Shown piece after piece: positions 25,114-32,000 of a stretch of 32,000 nucleotides of DNA. Location of the stretch: contig NZ_LT549890.1 of assembly GCF_900079115.1 (NCBI RefSeq), positions 2,640,001 to 2,672,000 of the forward strand. Reading direction: 5' to 3'. A model generated the notes under the pieces. The model was not told where the DNA came from and made no database searches. It saw only the letters and a program-made list of their open reading frames with translations. The position numbers and the translations under genes were made by a program. Position 1 is the stretch's first letter. Every line of letters begins with the position of its first letter. The stretch comes from Saccharolobus solfataricus. GTDB lineage: Archaea; Thermoproteota; Thermoprotei_A; Sulfolobales; Sulfolobaceae.

Positions 25114-26226
25114 TTATTCCGGTAAATACTCTTCCATACCAGAAATTCTTCTCAAGTCTTCTAAGGTCTTAGTTACACTCTCTCTTCCAAACTCCCTTTC
25201 GTAATCGAAAATGCCTTTAGGAAAGCTTAATCCTAATCTGACACCTAGGTCAATATCTTCCTTGCTTGCAATTCCGTTTTTAACCATCCAATTTGCCTCA
25301 CTTATCGCAGGAGCTATAATGTATAACGGATTTATTTTTTCAGCTAGTTGTGGAGGTAAATTAGGCTTAATATACTTATTTGATGGATAAGTATAGAACC
25401 CTTTTCCGCTCTTTACGCCGAGATCTCCCTTTTTTGTCATCTCCTCTAGTGTCTTACACGGATAGGCCTTAAATCCCCTTTCCATCATTGCAGAGCTTAC
25501 GTAATAGTTAACATCCACACCAGTGTAATCCACAAGTTCAAAAATTCCCATTGGAAATCCCAATTTATATCTAGCTACTGCGTCTATCGCAGTATATTCA
25601 CAAATCCCCTTTTCAACAAGCATGCAAGCTGTGGTGATAATCCTCAATAATATTCTGTTAACCACAAATCCCGGTACGTCCTTATTAACCATTATTGGTA
25701 TCTTTCTAAGGGATTTAATGAATTCATAAGTCTGTTTAACAGTGTCGTCTGAAGTTTTACTTCCCCTTATTATCTCCACTAACTGCATTAACACTGGGGG
25801 ATTAAAGAAGTGAGTTCCTATAACCCTTTCTTGCCTTTTTACAGCAGAAGCAATTTCCGTAATTGGTAAGCTACTAGTATTAGTAGCCAATATCGCATTA
25901 TTGGGTAATAGTTCCTCAAGCTTAGAAAATAGTTGTCTCTTTAAATCCAATTTCTCTGGTATTGCTTCTATTGATATATCAATTTCCCTTAACTCATTCG
26001 ATAACCCTTCTATGGTTTTAATTCTTCCCAAAACGTCCTCAACACTTTCCTTTAAGTTACCTTTTTCATACAATTTCTCCAAACTCCACTTGACCTTCTG
26101 TATTGCGTTATTCAATATATCTTTAGATACATCACTCAGATAAACGTTATACCCAGCTATGGCTGAAACTTCGGCAATTCCGTGGCCCATTGTCCCTGCT
26201 CCAACTACCAATACATTTCTTATCAT
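25114..26226 (-). CDS. 3-hydroxyacyl-CoA (3-hydroxybutyryl-CoA) dehydrogenase with extra C-terminal domain
   Basis: 370 aa. Rossmann motif VVGAGTMGHGIA, plus NTSSL and HFFNPP motifs. About 85 residues follow the usual C-terminal domain and resemble a second 3HCDH C-domain copy. No hydratase domain is present. Confidence 0.85.
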   Translation of the reverse strand: MIRNVLVVGAGTMGHGIAEVSAIAGYNVYLSDVSKDILNNAIQKVKWSLEKLYEKGNLKESVEDVLGRIKTIEGLSNELREIDISIEAIPEKLDLKRQLFSKLEELLPNNAILATNTSSLPITEIASAVKRQERVIGTHFFNPPVLMQLVEIIRGSKTSDDTVKQTYEFIKSLRKIPIMVNKDVPGFVVNRILLRIITTACMLVEKGICEYTAIDAVARYKLGFPMGIFELVDYTGVDVNYYVSSAMMERGFKAYPCKTLEEMTKKGDLGVKSGKGFYTYPSNKYIKPNLPPQLAEKINPLYIIAPAISEANWMVKNGIASKEDIDLGVRLGLSFPKGIFDYEREFGRESVTKTLEDLRRISGMEEYLPE

Positions 26227-26232
26227 GAAATT

Positions 26233-26769
26233 TCAACCTACTGGAACCAGTTCATAAGTTAGATATCCTTCTGGTTTCCTCTCAATAACCTCAAGTTTAA
26301 CCTTCATCCCGACTCTAACTTCCTTAGCCCTTACCCAGCCTAGAACATTTACTCCATTACTCATCCTAGCTATACCCACTATATAATCTTGATAGTGAGA
26401 GAATGAGGGAGGTTTGACGTTAACTACGGTATATGCCACAATTTCACCTTCCTTAGGCATTTCAATCCATTCTAAATTTGATATTTTGCATTTTGGACAA
26501 TCATCTTGAGGCGGAAAATATATTGAGCCACACTTTGGACATTTCGTGGCTAGAATTTTACCCTCCCTTAATCCCTCAAAGAATTTGAATATCCTTTTAA
26601 CTGGAATTTGATACCTTAGGTCAATCTCCCTTACGTCAATCCAAAGGGGGTTATTAGTCTTTTGTTCATTCACTATTGGTAATTTAGTTGTCTTTATCGC
26701 GTTATCAAGCATCAACAGTGATTGGGAAATTTCCTTTTGCATCTTATCCCTTATTTCATTTAGACTCAT
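26233..26769 (-). CDS. DUF35 OB-fold/zinc-ribbon protein (thiolase partner)
   Basis: 178 aa. Four-Cys ribbon CPKCGSIYFPPQDDCPKCK followed by an OB-fold-sized C-terminus. A 4-nt overlap links it to the upstream thiolase gene. Confidence 0.8.
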   Translation of the reverse strand: MSLNEIRDKMQKEISQSLLMLDNAIKTTKLPIVNEQKTNNPLWIDVREIDLRYQIPVKRIFKFFEGLREGKILATKCPKCGSIYFPPQDDCPKCKISNLEWIEMPKEGEIVAYTVVNVKPPSFSHYQDYIVGIARMSNGVNVLGWVRAKEVRVGMKVKLEVIERKPEGYLTYELVPVG

Positions 26770-27953
26770 GTAGATGGCCTCCTAGTTGAGTATATTGTTA
26801 CGTATGCGTAATGTCCAGTTCCTCCAACGTTGTGCGTTATTCCCATCCCGTTCCTAACTTCCACTTGTGTTCCCTTATGTGCTCTGTATAATAACTGTCT
26901 TGTTATTGATACTGCCATGCTTACCCCAGTTGCCCCTATTGGGTGTCCCTTTGCTTTCAACCCTCCATCAACGTTTACTGGTATTTTCCCTCCTATGTAT
27001 GTTTGTTCTTCTCTTGCCAATAGGTATCCCTCACCTCTTTTTGCGAATCCTAAATCTTCATATGCCATTATTTCCGCTATTGTGAAACAATCATGCACAT
27101 CTGCTACGTCGAAGTTCTTCCATGCGTTATCGAATTCTATTCTAGCTCTCTTATACGCTTGCTGTGCTGCAATGTGAGCTGCTTCTATATGTGTGAAGTC
27201 AGTTCTCCTACTCAAGTTTGCAGTGCCACTAGCAACTCCTTGTGATACTATCCATACTGGAGAATCAGTTATCTTTTTAGCAACTTCCTCAGATGCTAAG
27301 ACTATTGCAGCAGCACCGTCAGTAATTGGAGAGGAGTCCAGAAGCTTCAGGGGATAAGCAACTGGTTTGGACTTCAAATATTCCTCCATAGTTATTTCCT
27401 TTTGAAATTGTGCATAAGGGTTCTTAGCCCCATAATAATGATTCTTAATGGCGATCTTTCCTAAGTCTTCCTCTTTCATACCATATTTAGCCATATATGC
27501 GGAGGCGTGAAGTGCGTAATATCCTGGGAAGGTAAGCCCAAAGTTCTCAAACTCCCAGAAATAACCCCCAGCCCTGCCAATTAGTTCAACTACTTGGGGA
27601 TTAGGTGCTTGATGCATTTGTTCTACTCCTACGACTAGTGCTATATCTGCTTCACCAGATTTAATTGCTAGATAGGCATCTCTTATTGCTGCGCTTCCAG
27701 TGGAACATGCTGCCTCAACTCTCATAGTCCCCTTTGGTGTTAGGTTACAATACTCCCCTACTATTACTGCTGGTAATTCCTCGGAACTCCAATTCCCTAC
27801 ATTACCAACAACGAAGTATTGTATTTCATTTTGATCTATGTTTGCTTCTTCAAGAGCTTGTTTAACAGCTTCCCATGCTAGTTCTTGCAAATTAACATCT
27901 GTCCTTACCCCGAATTTGGTGTGTCCAGTTCCGATAATTGCTACATTTCTCAT
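26766..27953 (-). CDS. Thiolase (archaeal acetyl-CoA C-acyltransferase / SCP-x-like type)
   Basis: 395 aa. Active-site Cys context VEAACSTGSAAI, and C-terminal GHPIGATG and NVGGTG motifs. Confidence 0.85.
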   Translation of the reverse strand: MRNVAIIGTGHTKFGVRTDVNLQELAWEAVKQALEEANIDQNEIQYFVVGNVGNWSSEELPAVIVGEYCNLTPKGTMRVEAACSTGSAAIRDAYLAIKSGEADIALVVGVEQMHQAPNPQVVELIGRAGGYFWEFENFGLTFPGYYALHASAYMAKYGMKEEDLGKIAIKNHYYGAKNPYAQFQKEITMEEYLKSKPVAYPLKLLDSSPITDGAAAIVLASEEVAKKITDSPVWIVSQGVASGTANLSRRTDFTHIEAAHIAAQQAYKRARIEFDNAWKNFDVADVHDCFTIAEIMAYEDLGFAKRGEGYLLAREEQTYIGGKIPVNVDGGLKAKGHPIGATGVSMAVSITRQLLYRAHKGTQVEVRNGMGITHNVGGTGHYAYVTIYSTRRPST

Positions 27954-27976
27954 ACTTTAATCTACCACTTGATAGT

Positions 27977-29590
27977 TTATTTAGTTTGTGTCATGTCTCT
28001 AAGTACCTTTTTATCTATCTTATTGGTTGAAGTTAGTGGCATGGAACTTATGAATATAAATCTATCTGGAATCCACCACTTTTGAATTTTACCCTCGTCC
28101 GCAAGTTTCAATAGGAATTGCCTTATTTCCTCCTCAGACACTTGCTCTTTCGGAACTATGAATGCAGCTGGTCTTTCTCCCCATTTCTCGTCCTTAATTC
28201 CAACTACTGCAACTTGAGACACCTTAGGGTGTAATGATATGGCGTTCTCTAAGAGTAATGAAGGAATGAATTCTCCACCGCTCTTTATTGCATCTTTCTC
28301 CCTATCAACTATATGTATATATCCGTACTGATCCATATAGGCTAAGTCACCAGTATGTAGCCATCCTCCTTTCCATAAGGCCTTAGTTTTTTCCGGATCT
28401 TTATAGTACTCTTGAGTTAACCATGGTGCTCTAACTACTATTTCCCCTATCTTACCAGTTTCCTTTTCTTTTCCAGTTGCTGGATCAACAATTTTAATTT
28501 GAACTAAAGGAATCGGTGCCCCAGCAGTTATTTGCGCCATGAATTTAGTGTTATCATCTAATCTTTCAATTGCTGAGTTATAATAACCGACTGACAATAC
28601 TGGACAAGTTTCAGATAGGCCATATCCTCCTATTACAGTAATACCTAATTCTTTAGCTTTTTTAGCTAACCCTTCTGGAAGCGCAGAACCTCCTATTGTA
28701 ACTTTCCATCTCTTAAATACGTGGAGATATCTGGGAGCATCGGGATTCGTTAGTAATAGGTAAAGTATAGTTGGTACCATTGCTGAATACGTTACACCCT
28801 CCTTATCCATTAGGCTTAGTATGAAACTGTAATCGTATTTCCCTGGTAAGACATATTTAACTCCAGCCATTAGCGCCACATAAGGATATCCCCAGGCATG
28901 TACGTGAAACATTGGTACTAGGATCATATATACGTCATTTGAGGTCAGACTTAATGGAGGTCTAGCTCCAACCAAGCTTACACTTATGGCATGCAATACT
29001 ATCTTTCTGTGATTAAACCATACACCCTTTGGTTCTCCTGTAGTACCTGATGTATAAAATATTGTAGCCATATCGTTTTCATTAACGTTAGTCTCCTCTT
29101 CCAACGGTTCATTTGATTCTATCAGTTCCCAGAAATCTATTGTATCTAATGAGCTTCTTACCTTTTCCTTAGAATCGCTATAGGATATTACTTTCATCCC
29201 TACTGGCATTATTCCCTTCGCTTTTTCTATGAGTGGCATGAACTCATCTCTTACTATTAAATACTTATCCTCTGCGTGCAATATTGTCTTTGCAATTAAT
29301 TCCAAGGGATATCTGATATTTACTGTGTGCAACACAGAACCTATCATAGGTATTGCGTAATAGTTGTGCATATAGACATCAGTATCCCAATCTATAACTC
29401 CTATCTTTTCTCCTCTCTTAACTCCTATCTTTCTTAATCCATTTGCTAACCTTTTTACAGAATTTGCGAAAGATCTAAAGGTATATCTTCTAATATCTCT
29501 GTATACTATTTCTCTATCTGGAAAACTTCTAGAACCAGAATCTAATATCTTATCTATTGTTAATTGGTATTCGTAATATTCGCTATTCAT
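27977..29590 (-). CDS. Medium/long-chain fatty-acid--CoA ligase (AMP-forming)
   Basis: 537 aa. AMP-binding signature YTSGTTGEPKG, plus GYGLSET and HTGDLAY motifs. Confidence 0.85.
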   Translation of the reverse strand: MNSEYYEYQLTIDKILDSGSRSFPDREIVYRDIRRYTFRSFANSVKRLANGLRKIGVKRGEKIGVIDWDTDVYMHNYYAIPMIGSVLHTVNIRYPLELIAKTILHAEDKYLIVRDEFMPLIEKAKGIMPVGMKVISYSDSKEKVRSSLDTIDFWELIESNEPLEEETNVNENDMATIFYTSGTTGEPKGVWFNHRKIVLHAISVSLVGARPPLSLTSNDVYMILVPMFHVHAWGYPYVALMAGVKYVLPGKYDYSFILSLMDKEGVTYSAMVPTILYLLLTNPDAPRYLHVFKRWKVTIGGSALPEGLAKKAKELGITVIGGYGLSETCPVLSVGYYNSAIERLDDNTKFMAQITAGAPIPLVQIKIVDPATGKEKETGKIGEIVVRAPWLTQEYYKDPEKTKALWKGGWLHTGDLAYMDQYGYIHIVDREKDAIKSGGEFIPSLLLENAISLHPKVSQVAVVGIKDEKWGERPAAFIVPKEQVSEEEIRQFLLKLADEGKIQKWWIPDRFIFISSMPLTSTNKIDKKVLRDMTQTK

Positions 29591-29612
29591 GTTATAATAC
29601 TTTGAAAAACAA

Positions 29613-29622
29613 CTATAAAAAA
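29613..29622 (-). promoter_or_regulatory. Candidate TATA box for the acyl-CoA ligase-thiolase-DUF35-dehydrogenase unit
   Basis: Minus-strand TTTTTTATAG, about 22 nt upstream of the ATG at 29590, in the 34-bp gap after the acyl-CoA dehydrogenase stop. Confidence 0.4.
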
Positions 29623-29624
29623 TT

Positions 29625-30827
29625 TTACATCTTAATTCCGAGAAGTCTTCTCGCAGTTTCCCTTAATATAACAAGTTTTTGAATATCATTAGCACCTTCG
29701 TATATTCTCATTACCTCAACATCTCTTAACAATCTCTCTACACCAGTAGAAGTAGCTACACCGTATCCACCATGAACAGTTATTGCCCTAATCGCAACCT
29801 TCTCTGCAATATCTGTTGCGTACAATTTAGCCATTGAGGCAGCTACTATAGCTTCATTCTCAAGACCACGGTCAAATAAATTAGCTGCCCAGTACGTGAG
29901 TAATCTTGCAGTATTTACTTCAGTAAGTGATTCGGCTATCTTCTCTTGAACCATTTGAAATCCTATTAATGGACTCTGGAAAGCAAACCTCTGAGTTGAA
30001 TATGTGACCATTCTCTCTAACGCAGCCTGGGCAACACCAACTCCTTGGGCTGCAACACCAACCCTTGTCCTATCGAAAGTGGCCATTGCGTACTTGAATC
30101 CATTCCCTTCTTCTCCCAAAAGGTTTTCTGCAGGGACCTCTACGTCTTCAAAGGCTAACTCTGCAGTATTTGAAGCCCTTAATCCCATAGTCTCAATTCT
30201 ATTCAATACCTTAACTCCCTTCCATTCCCTTTCTACTATGAACATCGATATCCCCTTCCATCTAGCATTGGGCTCTGGGGGTGATGTCCTAGCTGTAACC
30301 ACGTAATAGTCAGCTATCCCACCATTAGTGATAAAGATTTTCCTACCATTAATAACGTATTTACCATTTATCTTTTTAGCCACCGTCTGTATTCCAGCAA
30401 CGTCTGATCCCGCTACTGGTTCAGTATTAGCAAAAGCTGCAACTTTATCTCCCCTAGCTACTGGAGTAACGTACTTTTTCTTCTGTTCTTCATTACCGAA
30501 AAGCAATATTGGAGTCATGAATAACCCTCCAACAGATATTCTCGTAGAAAGTGAGGCCCAGACTCTAGATATCTCTTCTTGAGCTATGGCAGTCATTAGC
30601 GTATCTCCACCTTGACCACCGTATTGTTCTGGTACTGCAACACCATATAGACCAATTTCCTTAGCTTTTTCCAATACTTCCTTTGGTACTGTACCTTCTT
30701 TTTCACCCTTTTCCACATAAGGCGCAACGTCTCTCTCCATGAATTCCCTTACAGCTCTCCTAAATAGTTCATGTTTCTCGGAAATGTTTATAGAAAATGC
30801 TTCCACACTACTGAAAGGTAAGACCAT
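29625..30827 (-). CDS. Acyl-CoA dehydrogenase
   Basis: 400 aa. ACAD pattern: FANTEPVAGSD, ITNGGIADYYVV, and C-terminal IYEGANDIQKLVILRE containing the catalytic Glu region. Confidence 0.9.
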   Translation of the reverse strand: MVLPFSSVEAFSINISEKHELFRRAVREFMERDVAPYVEKGEKEGTVPKEVLEKAKEIGLYGVAVPEQYGGQGGDTLMTAIAQEEISRVWASLSTRISVGGLFMTPILLFGNEEQKKKYVTPVARGDKVAAFANTEPVAGSDVAGIQTVAKKINGKYVINGRKIFITNGGIADYYVVTARTSPPEPNARWKGISMFIVEREWKGVKVLNRIETMGLRASNTAELAFEDVEVPAENLLGEEGNGFKYAMATFDRTRVGVAAQGVGVAQAALERMVTYSTQRFAFQSPLIGFQMVQEKIAESLTEVNTARLLTYWAANLFDRGLENEAIVAASMAKLYATDIAEKVAIRAITVHGGYGVATSTGVERLLRDVEVMRIYEGANDIQKLVILRETARRLLGIKM

Positions 30828-30850
30828 ATAATTTACTGAACCAATAGACT

Positions 30851-30858
30851 AATTATAA
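30851..30858 (-). promoter_or_regulatory. Candidate TATA box for the acyl-CoA dehydrogenase gene
   Basis: Minus-strand TTATAATT, 23 nt upstream of the ATG at 30827. Confidence 0.35.
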
Positions 30859-31010
30859 CTCTTTCTATCATTAGATGCAATTTCAGCCTTTAATTTAGCA
30901 CATATTGGTACCGAAAAGTAATATATTAATCATAAGTGAATAAAGAAAAAACTATGTGAAAAGATAATATTTAGGTGATCACCTTATAAGAACAACATGT
31001 AGAAAGAAGG

Positions 31011-31943
31011 TCAGATTACCTTTAAAATAGCTCTTCCTAAGACCTTTCTCTCCAACATTTTCCTATATGCCTCATTTATTCTCTCTAATTCATAAATTTC
31101 GTATATAGCTTTGATTTTCCCATACCCTACCAATTTAATGGCTTCCTCGTATTCTGCTTGAGTATAAGATGCAGAACCTACTATTTTATGCTGTCTCATT
31201 ATGCTCATTGCTGGCCTTGATAGCGTTATCGGCTCCCCTTCAGTATTTCCGATCAAAACTAGAATACCTTCCTTCTTTAATGCCCTTAACGAATCGTTTA
31301 TGGTTTTAGAACCCACTAGTTCAAATATTGCATCAAACTTTTCACCTCTTATATCACTCACTGGCGTTACCCCCAATTCTTTAAGCTTTTCTCCTTTAGA
31401 TGATAACCCATAAACGTTTGATATACCTAAATATTTCAAGTATTGTACAAGATGGATACCTACTCCTCCACCTGCCCCAGTTACCAAAACTTTACTATCC
31501 TTCTTTAAATCTGCAAGTTTAGATGCGTGAATTGCAGTGGCAACTGGGTCCATTGTAGCTGCGTATTTTTCGAGTTTATCGTCTGGCAAGGGTATGAGAT
31601 TTCTTTCTGGGACAATGACCTGCTCTGCATATCCTCCAGTTATCTCTCCCTCTCCTAAAATTCTAGCGTTATCACATAAATTCTCCTTCCCGCTTTTACA
31701 ATAGTCACAGCTTCCGCAATATAGATTTGGGTAAACAGCTACTGGTCTTCCATTATAGTAACCTACTATTTCATGCCCTAGGATTAAGGGTAGCTTGAGA
31801 TTTTTAAATCCACCCTTCCATATAACTAGATCCCTTCCACATATTCCAGTATACGCTACGTTTATTCTAACTCCTACTCCATGAGGCTCTGCGTTACCTA
31901 TTATAAAGGGTGAGTTAAACTGTGTTAAAATAGCCGCTTTCAT
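31011..31943 (-). CDS. Zinc-containing medium-chain dehydrogenase/reductase (alcohol dehydrogenase superfamily)
   Basis: 310 aa. Catalytic Zn ligands in GICGRD and GHEIVG, structural Zn site CGSCDYCKSGKENLC, and nucleotide fold VTGAGGGVG. Confidence 0.8.
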   Translation of the reverse strand: MKAAILTQFNSPFIIGNAEPHGVGVRINVAYTGICGRDLVIWKGGFKNLKLPLILGHEIVGYYNGRPVAVYPNLYCGSCDYCKSGKENLCDNARILGEGEITGGYAEQVIVPERNLIPLPDDKLEKYAATMDPVATAIHASKLADLKKDSKVLVTGAGGGVGIHLVQYLKYLGISNVYGLSSKGEKLKELGVTPVSDIRGEKFDAIFELVGSKTINDSLRALKKEGILVLIGNTEGEPITLSRPAMSIMRQHKIVGSASYTQAEYEEAIKLVGYGKIKAIYEIYELERINEAYRKMLERKVLGRAILKVI

Positions 31944-32000
31944 ATATTAAAAAAGGAATTGATTGTTAATATATTCATTGTTGACTTAAAGATTTAGGTA

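Noticed and set aside
25901-31413. Plus-strand ORFs inside the acyl-CoA cluster genes (25901-26143, 26830-27177, 26867-27085, 27885-28085, 30004-30306, 30328-30582, 31201-31413).
   Set aside because: They are antisense shadows with low-complexity translations.
1-32000. Search for CRISPR arrays, tRNA/rRNA genes, integrase/att sites, and toxin-antitoxin or defence gene pairs.
   Set aside because: There are no regularly spaced direct repeats. The only G+C-rich islands are the two IS elements, so there are no structured-RNA candidates. I recognised no integrase, nuclease/helicase or small paired ORFs typical of TA or defence modules.

Overview
Low-G+C crenarchaeal (Sulfolobales) chromosomal DNA. 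The proteins at 6.7-11.3 kb are recognisable as the GlcS/GlcT/GlcU/GlcV glucose ABC transporter of Saccharolobus (Sulfolobus) solfataricus, so the window is that species or a very close relative.

Content, left to right:
- A Liv-type branched-chain amino acid ABC operon (livM, livH, livF, livG). Its binding-protein gene is bisected by an exactly 1439-bp IS (ISC1439; 19/20 terminal IRs, 9-bp TSD).
- glcSTUV, then an MHS-type MFS transporter.
- A second MFS gene split by a diverged 1520-bp ISC1439-like copy. That copy's own transposase gene is broken by a nested 79-bp MITE-like element.
- Three small orphan genes.
- An SBP56 (selenium-binding protein / methanethiol oxidase family) gene whose 3' end overlaps a 6-TM orphan gene.
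- An acetate module: PaaI-type thioesterase, AMP-forming acetyl-CoA synthetase, and a divergent SatP/YaaH-family channel.
- A compact operon of EamA/DMT transporter, DsrE-fold protein and an internally duplicated 4-TM di-His protein, plus a muconolactone-isomerase-fold protein.
- Malic enzyme overlapping a GNAT acetyltransferase.
- An acyl-CoA / fatty-acid cluster: 3-hydroxyacyl-CoA dehydrogenase, DUF35, thiolase, acyl-CoA synthetase, acyl-CoA dehydrogenase and an MDR Zn-dehydrogenase.

Many genes have a TATA box about 22-26 nt upstream of the start codon, which fits leaderless transcripts. I saw no rRNA, tRNA, CRISPR array or recognisable defence or toxin-antitoxin system.

I do not see a convincing wholly novel system. 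The best leads are (i) the nested IS/MITE architecture bracketing the glucose transporter, (ii) the SBP56 gene coupled to an orphan membrane protein, and (iii) the DMT / DsrE-like / di-His 4-TM operon. All functional calls come from by-eye motif and family recognition and need database confirmation.
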